Assembly: GCA_964106645.2 (NCBI GenBank)
Contig: OZ067045.1
Direction: 5' to 3' (one strand)
Length of the DNA: 64,000 nucleotides
Origin: Podarcis pityusensis
Lineage: Eukaryota
Translations under genes and position numbers: made by a program
Part shown: piece by piece, positions 33,783-51,779 of the stretch
How the letters are laid out: every line of letters begins with the position of its first letter
How positions within the stretch are numbered: position 1 is the first letter of the stretch
The notes under the pieces: model-generated
What the model saw: only the letters and a program-made list of their open reading frames with translations
What the model was told of the DNA's origin: nothing
Databases searched by the model: none

Positions 33783-34454
33783 GTTTTAAATTTTATTTTC
33801 TTGAAACCACCTGGTGACTGAGAAGTGGCTTGTAAACCTACTAATAAATAAACAAACACGTGACTTTCTTTGCTCCTTTCAGGTGTGCTTAATAAATTGC
33901 CCCCTCCCCGGCCACAACATGCATGCAGCGGGGAAGGCAGCATGGGATGAGAGTCCAGCTCACATAACACTGCACTCTGCACATGCCCTGGAACAACCTC
34001 TTCTTTACGACATTATAAGGCATTAGAGGGAGAACTGTGGCTCAGTGACAGAGCACCTGCTTTGCATGCAGAAGGTCTCATGTTTGATCCTTGGCATCTC
34101 CAGGTAGGGCTGGGAAAGACTCCCTGAGAAGCTGCTGCCAGCCAGTGCAGAAAACACTGAGGTCAATGGAACAGTGGCCTACCTCTGGTCAGCGTCTTAA
34201 GGATGAACTTCCAGTTTAAATTTAGCCCTGCTGCGTGGGAAAGGCAAGCAGATTGGCCAATTCAGAGTACTGCAGAAATGCAAAGACGCTTTGGGAAATG
34301 ACATTATCCTGTTTTCCCCCTCTGAAATGCTGAGGATCATTTTCGTGTGTTTGTAGCTTGTAGCCAATGTTGGTACTTCTCAGAGTTACCCAACAGCAAT
34401 GGATGGACTTCGCTAACTTGGGTCCATAATTTCCATGTAGAACTGAGCTGGATA

Positions 34455-34680
34455 CAGTGGTACCTCGGGTTAAGTACTTAATTTGTTCCAGAGGTCCGTT
34501 CTTAACCTGAAACTGTTCTTAACCTGAAGCACCACTTTAGCTAATGGGGACTCCTGCTGCTGCCACGCTGCTGGAGCACGGTTTCTTTTCTCATCCTGAA
34601 GCAAAGTTCTTAACCTGAGGTACTATTTCGGGGGTAGCAGAGTCTGTAACCTTAAGCGTATGTAATCCGAGGTACCACTG
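34455..34680. mobile_element. Tc1/mariner MITE, copy 2
   Basis: TA|CAGTGGTACCTCGG...CCGAGGTACCACTG|TA. Confidence 0.9.
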
Positions 34681-35559
34681 TACAATCTATAGCTCTCTAC
34701 TCATCCACTTTACCCTTATAACAACCCTGTGAGGTAGGCTAGTCTGAACGAGGCAGAGCAAGAGTTGGGAGTTGACCCTGGCTGCTCGCTTCTCCAGCTG
34801 ACAGCAACTACTGCCATTGGGGATGCTGGTTCTGTGCAAGCTGTCACGTATTTGCTGTTTCCTGCTATTTAACTTTAATTGTTGTGATTGTTTTACACTT
34901 TGTGTACTGAGTTGCACTTAAATTTTTTTAAATGTTTGTTTCATGTCATATTACCTGCTATTTCCTTGGGAAAACAACAACAACCAGCTGCTAAAAGGAC
35001 AATATATACATTGGGCAAAGGAACGCAACACACACAGGGATGAGGAGAGCTATAATTTTTTTAAAATAATAATAATAGAATTTTATATTTAAATTCATTT
35101 ATTGCCGGCCACTCTGGGGTAGTGGAACTGAAGGGTGGCAATAGGAAGTTTTAATAGAAATAAATGCAATTATTTTCTTGCCAAACCAGCCATTGAAAAC
35201 ACCATAGATGCATTTGGCAAAATTATTCATGCAAGCATTCACGCAAACAGAAGAAGGAGTGCATAAATATGTGCGTGTGCGCGCGCTCACACGTACACAA
35301 GTTGTTGTACTCGTTTTTAAAATATCGATTACCATAATCTGCCCTGAGGATGCTGAGCTGACAGGGCAGCAAAGCAGATTGTAAAACAAATACCATTATT
35401 TTCTTGCCAGCTGGTGAAAATTTGGCCAACAAATACAACAAGGCAGGACAAGGGGTGTCCTGAATTGCTGCTGCTGCTGTTTCTTAAAGGGTAATCTACT
35501 GTTGTTTTATTTCTTTCCCCACCCCTCTCCTTTTGGGAAAAAAAAATGACGAAAAAGAG

Positions 35560-39883
<4,324 letters not shown>

Positions 39884-41375
39884 ATCTTTCCACAGAGACA
39901 CTGAGTGAAAAGGAGGGGGAAGAAAATGATTGACCTTTTATTATTGGGTAAACAAAAAACAAAAAAGGCAAGCAAACTAATAGCACTTTGAAGTTATTCC
40001 TTGCTATCCTGTGACCCATCTTGCGAAATCCTTAGGAGCAGGCTCGGAGGCAGACAGTGTGAGATGAGGAAAGCAGTTTTACTCATGTGTGAAAAGATTA
40101 AAAAATAAAAAATAAAAAATCCAATCCCAACTAGATTCCAGGAACTGTAAAATGCAAACCGTACAAATTGAAATGTACGAAGAAGAGCTCAGTTGTCTAA
40201 ATTAAGACCGGTGCTCCCCTTTTTTTCCCTCTGGATGATGAGTAATTGGGAATTTGGATTTTAAAAAGTCCCTTAAACATACAGAACAGAAAAAAGGCAG
40301 GGAATCTAGCAGTGTTTTCTTGGAAATCTTGGGAAGTGTCACTGTTTATACTTGTTCTGAACAAGCACTTGTTTACATGGTAAAATCTTGCAAAAACAAT
40401 TCCATACATTTCCATACAATATGCTCTCCATCTCCATTTTTTTAAAAGAAAATGTCTGTATTTATGAATGTGGGTGGGGAAAGGGAGGGGAAAATAATGA
40501 TATATAATTATAATTATAAATATATATCTATATATCTATATCTATATTTAATTCTAGCTACCTTTTAAAGTTTCAGTGGAATGTACGGAACCAAAACTTT
40601 TCTAAGGAAGGGATTCTACAGGGAAGAAATTCTCTCAGTATTATTATTTTCTGAAAACAGATTGCAAATCTGGTATTTCACTGTTGCAGGAGGCAATTGT
40701 TCTTAAGGAGATAGAGAAATTTAATTTTATATGTGAAATGGGGGCAGAAAAAACAAAAGATTGTGCATCGCTTTTTCTAATGACCACAAGCAAGCAACGT
40801 GGGCTAACTGCTTTCTTTCTTTCTTTTTTAAAAAAACTGTGACTTTATTCTCTGTCACACAAAAAACACCCCACCCTGCAAAAAAACAACAACAAAAAAA
40901 CCCCATCCCAAACCACAATACAGTGACAAGTGTGCCAAATATTTTGAAATGCCAAAAGGCATTATTCTTTTTCCCTTTTCCCATTTTTTGTGATTTTGAG
41001 TCCACGTAAAGATGCATTTTTGTACCTGAATAATCCTCTTCTTTATAAAGGCTCTTTACTGATCTCTTTACGTGAAACACACACATACTTATGGGAAGCT
41101 GACTTTCGGAGTCTCCTCCATTTTCTCCTTTTTTCCTTTCTGGTTCTCCTGATTGTACTTCAATTTTACTTACTTTTTGCATGACCTGCAAAACAAGAGG
41201 GGAAATGCCTCTTCAAGTGAGGAAATACTTTTTTGCCGTTCTCTTCGCATAAACTCTGGAATGACCTTTCAATGGGTAGTCTTGTTTCCTTTACTTATAA
41301 ATATCGTGTATGTTGCACTCCTTTGCACAGGGCTATTTCTGAAATGTATAATAAAAAAGGAAAGAAAAAAAAGAG
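39884..41375 (+). promoter_or_regulatory. CAMK2N1: CAMK2N1 long AU-rich 3'UTR
   Basis: About 1.5 kb transposon-free A/U-rich tract ending near AATAAA 41350-41355. Confidence 0.7.
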
Positions 41376-42857
41376 AAAGAAAAGAAAGTTCTTGTGTTCT
41401 CGTTTCATTTTATCCTTATAACAGCCCTGCAAGGTAAAACAAGCTGAAAGATAGTGGTTAGATCAGTCTAAGTAAGCAAATTTAATGGTTGGGCAAGGAT
41501 TTGAATTCGGTAGCCCAAATTTTCCCGTTTAAACACTGCATTAGGGCTGGTTGGTTCCTCCCCCCCTTTTACATTTTATGACTTCCATGACAAAAGTCCG
41601 TATTGATTGATCTGCCAAGAAACTGGATAACTCCTTTCTTGATTGAAAACCAATACCATCTAATCTTCTGCATGTGAAAACAGGAACATGCTTGTAAGAG
41701 TCCTGGCCTCATCCCAAAAATTACTACTTCTGCTATTACACATTACTTAAGGCAGGGATGGGCAGAAAGTAGAGTGGGGTCTACTGGAAGAAGATCAGCA
41801 AAGATATTTGACTCAGAACTGTTTTAAAAACATCAACATCAGAAAGACCCCCATGGCTAAAAAAATAATAATATTAGGCTGCTGAAAACAGGAGTAGATT
41901 TGCCTGTGAAACAATTTGTGTGGAAGTGCCAGTTATGTTACTGCAGACAAACTGAACTTGTTCTCAGAGGCCTCTTAGGGTCTCCCAGATGTCCTTTTTT
42001 ATTGCATATCCATGATAATTTACGCTCACAATGCTATCAGGCTGTTCATAACCTCCCTTTCAATACTAATTTGTGCCTGCAAAAGCTTTGGGGCAACCAC
42101 CTGGCTGAATTTCCATTCAGTGCATATGCTGTAATTTCCCACCCTACAAATATTCTGTTCCATTTTGTTTTGGTCCCGCCTTTGCTGCACTACAGCCCCT
42201 CTGGATAGCAATAATGTGGCATCGCTCGGGAAGCATCATAGAACATCGAACAAAGCACGATTTCTCCACTCACCAATGCACTATTACTGCATCAAGAAGG
42301 TGTTGCAGAAGACACCAACTTGGGAGGGGGCCACATTCTGTAATTCTACACCTGTGTTTTTGAGCCATTCTTTTGCACCAAGATCCCATGAGCTTAAAGT
42401 CAGTCCACTAGGAGCAGAGAACCTGTGGCCCTTCAGATATCATTGTGATGTCCAGCTCCCTTGAGGCTCAGGTTATCAAAGGGATGATGGAATTGTAGTC
42501 TATCAACATCTAGAGAGCAACAGATGTTTCCCATTCCTGACTCAAGGTCTACCCTGTCTGCTATATTCATGCAACAGGCTGCGCTCTGCTGATTTCAGAG
42601 CAAAGACTTGTTTATCTTTTTGGTTAAATGCATGCTTGGAGTGGGGAATTCCCCTGCCTTGCTATTGACCATTAGGCACCATTCAATATCCTTCCATCAA
42701 GTGTAATGTGAGATGTGGTGGCTTAGGGGACAACCCAAACCCAAGATCCGCCAGGCAAAGGGAGTTAGGATCTGATACATTCCCTGCTCACTCCACCAGT
42801 CCCAGCATTGGTGGGCTATGACAGCACAAGCCCCTCATCGCAACTCAGTTAGAGTTA

Positions 42858-43196
42858 AAGGTAAAGGTAAAGGGACCCCTGACCATTAGGTCCAGTCGTG
42901 GCTGACTCTGGGGTTGCGGCGCTCATCTCGCTTTATTGGCCGAGGGAGCCGGCGTACAGCTTCCGGGTCATGTGGCCAGCATGACTAAGCTGCTTCTGGC
43001 GAACCAGAGCAGCCGCACGGAAACACCGTTTACCTTCCTGCCGGAGCGGTACCTATTTATCTACTTGCACTTTGACGTGCTTTCGAACTGCTAGGTTGGC
43101 AGGAGCAGGGACTGAGCAATGGGAGCTCACCCCGTCACGGGGATTCAAACCGCCGACCTTCTGATCAGTAAGTCCTAGGCTCTGTGGTTTAACCCA
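42858..43196 (-). mobile_element. Sauria SINE, slightly 5'-truncated
   Basis: 12-bp TSD CAGTTAGAGTTA at 42846-42857 and 43197-43208. Confidence 0.93.
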
Positions 43197-45799
43197 CAGT
43201 TAGAGTTACACCAGCATAAATCCCTCACCCTGGCTTATGTGGCTGAGCTGGGACTGCTGAATCTTATACCAGTGTAAGCCCTGAAAAGTGGGCATTCTGG
43301 GGGAGGGACTGGGCAGAGGGGACTTACCTTGGATCCTAACTCTGTTCAGTTCAGTCATGTGACCTGGCAACCTGGCAGAACTAATGCCAGCAAAAAAGGA
43401 TGGTGTTAGTCAAACTCTATTTAAATGTTTGTTTTCCCCTCTGCCAGGCCCAGATGGGCTCAGGCCAAGTGGCAGAAGCTTGGAACAGGGGTAATTTATG
43501 CCAGTTTAATTTAAACCGGTGTGAATCCCTCTGGCTTCCTATATTTAGGATTGCTCTGCTTGTAGACAAGCATGGGCATTGAAATACATGTGCTCTAGAT
43601 GGCAGGAAACCGAACATCTAAGAAACCCCGAGGCAGTAAAGTTTAGCTGTTGAACCCTGAAGGATAACACAACAACTGTTCACACTTTAGCAAGACATCT
43701 TAAAGAGGAAAAAATAAACAGGAAACTGGGACTTGTCCTTGAGAGTCTGGGACTAGGGTCTTTCCACTTAGCCATTGCCAAGAACCGGGAAATGTATCAC
43801 CTGAAAAAGAGATCAGGAAATGCCACAGTTTTGCATAAAATGTGCCTATGCTGATTTATATGGGTAGATGCAAAATTAGAATGCCTTTAAATAGCAAGTC
43901 ATGTCAACATAGCGGAAAAGTTGGAGGCTTGGTTAGCTGTGTGCCAGCTCGGTCCAAGTGTTTAACTGTTGATGGGCAATGTCAAGCCCCACCCATCAGT
44001 CTCACCAGACCCTGCTTTGAACTCTCCATGGATTTTGCTAGGCTGGATTGTGTCCTTGGACACTGATAATGCCTCTTGCTTGTTCACATAGAGGATAGAG
44101 AGGCAGTTTGGAGAAACTAGCCACCTGTAAAATTTACATTCATTGCTCCACCCACTTTTGGCTCTGGCCCCGCCCACCCCTGGCATCTGGTCCTCCAGAG
44201 GTTGCGAAGAAGGGGATGTGGCCATCCACCTGAAAAAGGTTTCCCACCTTTGCCTCGATCAATTGCTAAAGGCAAATCAATTAAGATGCTGCTTCGCGTT
44301 TCCAAGAATTAAGATCCAGCCTTACTTAACTTGGTGGGTATAATTGGATCTAGCACTTCCCCAGTTGGCAACTTTGTGGATCTCTCTCCATCTACCTCCA
44401 TCCCTCGAAAATGTACCTCAGCTGCTGCGTGTCAACAGATTGTAGCCTAAAATGGGCCCGCTGTAAAGCAAGCAGAAGCAAGACTCAGGGTGACACCTTA
44501 CTCTACAAATATAGTAAGGAAAGAAAATCTAAGGGGCAAAACCCCTTTAAAACTTTCAAAGGTTGCTGAGTAGCCTCAAAAATGCTGACTGAAAACTGGA
44601 AATCAATAATGGGTAGGAATGGAAAAGGAAAACTGGAGATGGAATGGAGTATCCTGGCAGAGGGCATGAGGAAAGCTCCTGTTAGGAGGGAAGGATAGAC
44701 TGGAACATTTGGCTGCAGGTCCCACTTGTTCAGTTAGGGGCAAAACCACAAGCTGAGCCTCCCTCTATAGAGCTTGGCTCTTGGGTTCTGGAACTGCAGC
44801 CCTTGCCTTGAAAATCTCGGATTCTGCAGACAAGAGAGGGAGCACATGAGGAGAGAAAGCGTACGTGGGGCACACGGCATTTGAACAAGATCCCAGATGG
44901 ACACGTGATGTGCCCTGCTCAAAGGGAAGGCACATTAAGCATGAGCTCTGTGTTAATTGCAGGGATTAAAAAGCCACGGCGAGCCTCATCGGGCTTGCAG
45001 GGAGAGCGTAAAAAGAGGCAGTAACGAGCATGCCGTGTGATCCCCCTGGCTTCAGAGCGCCAGAGGAAGGAAAACTAGCAAGAGGCTGCTGTTAGAAAAT
45101 GCACAAAAGGAAAGCAGAGAGAGAGAGAGACCGAATTGCAGGGAGACAGTGTGGTCATCTAGTCTTGCCTCAAATGAATGCCATATTCACAACTCAGAAA
45201 CTGCTTTTGTGTCCAGTTGTATTCAGCTGCTTCTAGTTTATGCACAGGCCATGAAACCCTCCTCTCCTTCCCACTAGGTTTCTCTCAGCACCCAGCATTG
45301 AGAGGCCTCCTGTCTCTGAGCACAGAAACGTCTTTCGCCGTCACTGCTCTTGCATTTAACCACATGTGCACCAGGGACAAGGGATGCATAGTGGATATCT
45401 GGAGATATAGGGTAAAGAGGAAAGGAATCTCAAGGCTGTGCATGCGTACATCATACATTTAAAGCACGTGGCATCACCTCACCCCCAGAATCCTTGGAAC
45501 TGTAGAGCCAATGTGGTTTGGTGGTTAGAGTGTCAGACTAGGAGCTGGGAGACCAGGGTTCAAATCCCTACTTGTCCATGAAGCTCAGTTGTAGGGGTTG
45601 TTTTTGGCACTCAGTCACTGCCTCTCAGCCTCATCTCCCTCACAGGGTTGTTGTGAGCATAACATGGGGGGAAAGAGAGCCACAAGACTAGGGTTCAAAT
45701 CTCCACTTGGCCATGAAGCTCACAGTGATTTTGGGAGCTGCATTGTGCCTAACCGACCTCACAGGGTTGCTGTGAGGATTAAATGAGGAGGGGGAGAGA

Positions 45800-46230
45800 C
45801 TTTTCGCCTGGTGCCTAAAGGTGTTTAATGAAGGCGCCTGCTGAACATCCCTGGGGAGAGCATTCCACAAATGGGGAGCCACTGCAGAAAAGGCCTGTTC
45901 TTATGTTGCCACCCTCCGGACCTCTTGTGGAGAGGGCACACAAAGAACGGCCTCAGGTGATGATCTCAGGTAGGTTCATATGGAGAGAGGCGGTCCTTGA
46001 GGTACTGTGGACTGAGCTGTTTAAGGCTTTATAGCTCAGAACCAGCACTTTGAATTGGGCCCAGAAACTAATTGGCAGCCAGTGCAGTTCGGCCACGATT
46101 GGTGTAATATGCTCAAACCCTCTTTCCCCGGTGAGCAACCTGGTCCCTGAATTCTGCACTAGCTGAAGTTTCTGATCCATCTTGAGAGGCAGCCCTATGT
46201 ATAACACATTGCAGTAATCTAACCTAGCTT
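45800..46230 (-). mobile_element. Degenerate L2 LINE RT C-terminal fragment
   Basis: RLDYCNVLYIGLP..KLQLVQN..RLLTG..HITP..LHWLPI..FKVLVL.YKAL, then APHLWNALP in a shifted frame. Confidence 0.9.
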
Positions 46231-46746
46231 CCATTCATCTGCATGTGGTGAGGCAAGCCCCCAGTTTCCATGCAGACATCTATTGCCGAAAGCATGAAAT
46301 TAGGAGATGCAAGCAAAGCAACCTCCTCCTAAATACCTCCCCATGTACCAGCATCAGAGCAGAAAGAACTGAGAGGAGAACCGTTTGCTTTGGCATGACT
46401 CTAATGCTCTGCCAGAGCCAAAAATCTGACTCTTCCTCTGGCTGGCAAATGAGGGTTACATTGCACAGGGGTTGAGAGCCAGGTGGCCAGGCAGGGCAAA
46501 AGAATCATCATCTAATTTCTGCCAGGGGTGAGTGGATCTATCCATTTCATTTTCTTTCACTTTCTCATTTTTCCAATCCTACGTTCAGTTCTCAACTTTT
46601 CCTCATGTGTTTGAATGTTCCACATGAAAATTCATCGGCATTTCAGGGCCAGCCTCTCCCAAGATATACACAGTTGGCAAAGGAATTTTCCCCACCACAA
46701 TGTTTTGTGGGGGTTTTTGTATTTTGGTTTCACTAATACATGTATT

Positions 46747-47121
46747 GGGGGATGTGGGTGGCGTAGTAGTGGTCTAAACCACTGAGCTTCTTGGGGTTGC
46801 CGATCAGAAGGTTGTCGGTTTGAATCCTTGCGATGGGGTCAGCTCCCGTTGCTCGGTCCCAGCTCCTGCCGACCTAGCAGTTCGAAAGCACACCAGTGCA
46901 AGTAGATAAATAGGTACCGCTCGAGCGGGAAGGTAAACAGTGTTTCTGTGCACTGCTCTGGTTTTGGTGTTCCGTTGCACCATATGACCCGGAAACACTG
47001 TCTGCGGACAGACGCAAGCTCCCTCGGGCTGTAAAGCAAGATGAGCGCCGCAACTCCAGAGTCGCCTGTGACTTAACAGTCAGGGGTCCTTTACCTTTAC
47101 CTTTACCTTTACCTTTACCTT
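46747..47121 (+). mobile_element. Sauria SINE (different subfamily)
   Basis: (ACCTTT)n tail; 13-bp TSD TAATACATGTATT at 46734-46746 and 47122-47134. Confidence 0.92.
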
Positions 47122-48413
47122 TAATACATGTATTAATATGCACACTTTCCTCTACCATATGCATTTATGTAGACCTTACCTGGCTGGAGAAACTGCAGTG
47201 CAATTTAGAAAAGTGCAGATTCTGAAGAATGGCTGTGTCTTGGTTTTGTGTACTGTTTCAGAAACGGTGCATTTCACAGGTCCACCTTTAAATGCAAATG
47301 GAATCAAATTTCTTTTGGGATAAGCAGCAGCTTTTAATTAACACTCACTGTCTTTAGAAAAAGAAGCCACAAAAGGGTTAAGTGGCTTTTCTGAGCTAAT
47401 CTGAGCTTTTCTCTCCCATTTCCTCTTTCCTTCCTCTATAACCAGTAATGGCTGATGATTGTAAGTAAATATCCAGTTTACACTTTACAGCTGTGTCTGT
47501 GTTTCTTGGAATGAGATCAAAACCTGCTCTGCAACCATCCCCCCCCCCCCCGCATCCCTAATTACCACCTAAAAAACAAAAAATAAACCATTGCACAGAG
47601 ATGTAAGGTTAGGAGCTATTCTGAAATGCTACAAATCCAAATTTCTGCCTGGAGTTTTGGAGTTCAGAATGACTTGATTGTAAAATGGAACCAGTGGATT
47701 AGGAATTTGGCAGCAGAGTACAGTGGTGGCTGCTGTGGCTGCTCTGGTGGTGAGCAGTTTGCTCCTTGGATGCTGGATCTGCCGCCCGAGGCAGCTGCCT
47801 CACCTCACCTCATGGGCAGACTGTCCCTGGTCCCAGTTGTATGTCCCACCTTCATTGAAAGGTGCCTTTTCAGTTAAAGGGGCCCAGCCCATTCCAGCAG
47901 TCCTTTGCTCCAGGAGACTCTGGTTGTATTGGGGCTTCTGAGCCAGAGGAGGGTGATGCAATGTTCTCAAGCGGGATGGGCACTTGTGCCATGGGCTCAC
48001 ATGGCAGTGGTGTTTCTCCAGGACATTCAGAGTCCTCATCCTCATCCCCAGAAGAAGGCGGATCCAACCCCCGGGACCATGACAGTCACACGGGCTTGCA
48101 CAAGTTTAACGTGTCCACATTGCTGCCTAGGCAAAGGAGAGTGGGCCCGCCCCAATTCTAAGAATGGAAGCTGACTGGGCTGGCAACTGAATCTTCCTCC
48201 AATCATGGCAACAGCTGTACAGCACCGCAACCTCCATCACAGCTGAGGGCAACAAGATAGTTGGGTATGTGGGGTACACCCAGCTCTGCCCCTTAACAGA
48301 AGGGAATGGTTAGGGGGGCCAGGAGAACCAGCTCTGTGTGTGTGTGTTGTCCCTACTGTCTCTTGTGTCTGCCAGCTAAGACAGTTGCTGCATTCTGCCT
48401 AACAGTAGGGCCA

Positions 48414-48453
<40 letters not shown>

Positions 48454-48897
48454 CACACCTGGCGCCAATAATCCGCACAGAACACCTTGCACAGGAGGGG
48501 GGGCCTGAGAGTGAAAACAGTTCCTTGTCTCATTAAAAGCCTGCAAGGTAATTTTGCAAATAACATAAGAAGCCGTTCTGAAGAGATTTAGCATCTTATC
48601 CCAACTCATTTCAAGCCTCCGGAATGCGTTCCTTGAGCATCGTTCGAATATCATTAAGAGAAGTCAATCCGCAGGAAAGGCGGAGAAAGGAAAGGAAGGG
48701 GGGAGGGAATCTTGTTCTAGGGGTTGATTGGATTCTCTCCCTTTCCTTTCTGAATCTGTAAGGAGCCCTTCCGCAAAATGCACCTGTCTGCCTAATGATG
48801 GGTTTGGGTGGGGATAGAGGAGAAAGAGAACAGGGGAGGGGGCTGCCCGCAGCAGAGCAGAGAAATTAAATTTGGTTTGCCTTCAGTAAAAGGCCTT

Positions 48898-48945
<48 letters not shown>

Positions 48946-50043
48946 CACAATACACCATACTCCCCAATTCTCTTCCCACACATAGAAGTAATTTTGTCAA
49001 ATCTTTTGTCAACTTCACCAGGATGAGCCTATTACTTCGGTGTGCTATTTAGCTCATTCCGCTCTGAACGACCAGCCACAGACTATATTATATGCCTGGT
49101 ATTCAACTAAAAGCTGCTCAGAGTTGACCCACTGAAATGATCTAAGTTATATGCATTCGTTTTTATGGGTCTGCTCTGAACAGAACTAACACTGGATACA
49201 ATCCCATGCTTTTAAAAAGGAAACGAATGTTTCCCATCTCAAACTAAATGCATCCTGAAATAATATTTATTGGGTTCAATCTTCGAGGGAGGGGGGAAGA
49301 GCGTGTGCCAACAGGATAGCTCGCTCCATCACAAATGTTTGGCATGTGAGTGCATGTGTGTGTGTGTGTGAAATGAAATGAAATGTGGGGAGACAAACAC
49401 AAAATCTGGTGCAGATTCACAAATTCATTAATTGGGACCAATTAAGAAAGGGAAGGATTTTTAAAGATAGAAAATACCAAATGGCAGCAAGCGTATCTCT
49501 TGCTCCAAAATCAAAGAAATGGGAGGAGGGCAATGTCTTTGAAATGCCTCATACCAAGCCCAACTAATGGACCATCTAGCTTAGCTTCCACGGCCTGGTA
49601 GTCCCACCCACCCCAGATATTGTTGGATCCTAACTCCCATCTTCCCTGACCAGTGGCCATGCTGGCTGGTACTGATGGGAGATGGAGTCCAGCAACATCT
49701 GGAGAACGCCAGGGTGGCGAGGCCGTTGGACACTGAACAGCGGCAACTCACTTTTCACCCCAACCCGAAGATGTCAGGGGTAGACCTTTGGGTCCTTTGC
49801 ATCCAACATGAGCTACAGTCCTTCCCCTAACCCAGGAAGCTGCCACATCTGCCCTGAGGCATCACAAAATCCCATTGTCCCAAGGAAGTGGTGGCTTAGA
49901 TGAGATGGCAAGAGACAGGCTGTAAGGTGGAGCAGACTTGGAGTGGGATCACATCATCAGGACCCTGGACAAAACTGACAGTAGCTACACTTCAGCACCA
50001 TGGCTAGCGATCTTGGCAGTTAAGGCAAAGCCTAGGTCTAGGT

Positions 50044-50179
50044 GAGTGTTTCCCAAACTTGGGTCTCCAGCTGCTTTTGGACTACAACTCCCATCATCCC
50101 TGACCACTGGTCCTGCTAGAAAAGGATGATGAGAGTTGTAGTCCAGAAACAGCTGGAGACCCAAGTTTGGGAAACACTG
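50044..50179. mobile_element. Palindromic hAT-type MITE (same family as 7220)
   Basis: agtgtttcccaaacttgggtctccagctg ... cagctggagacccaagtttgggaaacact. Confidence 0.85.
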
Positions 50180-51317
50180 GGAAACAAGAAGCCTTTTCTC
50201 CCCTAGAACCAGATCATCCCTCCCAGACTTCGCTCCTCCCTTGAAGAGTGGAAAGCCTTGAAGGGGCAGCCAGATAAAAAACCACTTAAGGAGGGTGTGG
50301 CCTCTGGGAGAGGGTGTGGCCCATGGAGAGTCATGGGGGCCAAACAGAGAGCCCTGGAATGCCACATTTGGCCTCTAGACCTGAGGTCCCCACCCCCCAC
50401 TGTTGTAGAGCATGTGGCTCAATGGGAGCTGTCCCGGGTGCTGAAGCTGCCAACCTGATTGAGCCACAAAGTATTTTTGTCAAGGGCAGGGCAGGACCAC
50501 ATGCCACACAGCTGTTTTTATGAAGAGGGCATTGCCAGTTGACCCTCGGTATTACAGAGGAAGGCAAGGGAGGCCTTTTTGGGTTGGTGACCCCCAGGCT
50601 AGTCAGATGCCTGTGCAATTTCACAGGCAGAGTACAGTGGAGATAAGTCAGTAGCTGGTATTCAGAGGTACACTGCCTCTGACCATAGAGTTGCCATTGA
50701 GCTCTTTGTCACTAAGTTAGCTAAATCACTTTATCCTACTCCTCTGTTGAAAAGGGCACCCAGAGCAGGGAGCAATAAGCAGTAATGAGGCAGTCCCTGC
50801 CCTCAGGATTGCAATCTAAAAGACATGGCATAAAGATTCAGGAGGGATGGGAGATGGGGAAGCAAACCTAGGCATTAGTTTTTAATTACAAAGTTGTTGT
50901 ATGTGTTCCTTCTGGCAGGGGGTGGGGAAGCAAACTCCTTCCCACTGCTTCTTCTGTGGCCAATGGATGAGGCCTATTGGTCTCTCCTTGGTCCCAATGC
51001 TGGTCATAAAGGACCAGTCTCTCAGTAGTCTTTGGTCCCCTAGCCAATGGTAGACACCAGTGTGTGCTCTCCTTTGGATGCAATGGTGACAAATTCATGG
51101 GGGATGGGGCTATCAGTTGGCTGTATGCCATCTCTGATAACTGAGTTGGCATGCCTCCTGCCTATTGTTGAGAATCCTATTGTGGTCATGTCTTGTGTGT
51201 GTTTTCCCCAGAGACTGATCACTGTGAGAACAGGATGCTGGACTAGATGGGCCATTGTTGGACTAGAGAGCCAGTGTGGTGTAGTGGTTAAGAGCGGTTG
51301 GTTAGATGTTGGACTAG

Positions 51318-51574
51318 AGAGCTAATGTGGTGTAGTGGTTAAGAGCGGTAGACTTGTAATCTGGTGAACCAGGTTCGTGTCCCCGCTCCTCCACATGCAG
51401 CTGCTGGGTGACCTTGGGCTAGTCACACTTCTCTGAAGTCTCTCAGCCCCACTCTCCTCACAGAGTGTTTGTTGTGGGGCAGGAAGGGAAAGGAGAATGT
51501 TAGCCGCTTTGAGACTCCTTTGGGTAGTGATAAAGCGGGATATCAAATCCAAACTCTTCTTCTTCTTCTCTTCT
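51318..51574 (+). mobile_element. Squam3-type SINE with duplicated 5' head
   Basis: Homologous to 32692-32953; head plus flank duplicated at 51256-51298. Confidence 0.85.
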
Positions 51575-51728
51575 TGTATGTTCTGCTGTCTCATGAGTCT
51601 CTATTTCCAAAAGCTAATGGTCATTACCACATCCGGTGGCAGTGAGTTCCCCCGATACATGATGCCCCGTGGGAATAAAAGGGCTTTCTCCTCTCTCTTC
51701 TGTAGGTCTCCCCTCACCCCACTTTCAG

Positions 51729-51779
<51 letters not shown>

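Noticed and set aside
47870-48084. Acidic/Pro-rich mini ORF (DPPSSGDEDEDSE...)
   Set aside because: Begins just after TGTCATG on the - strand and resembles a retroelement LTR fragment; no splice or homology support for a host exon.
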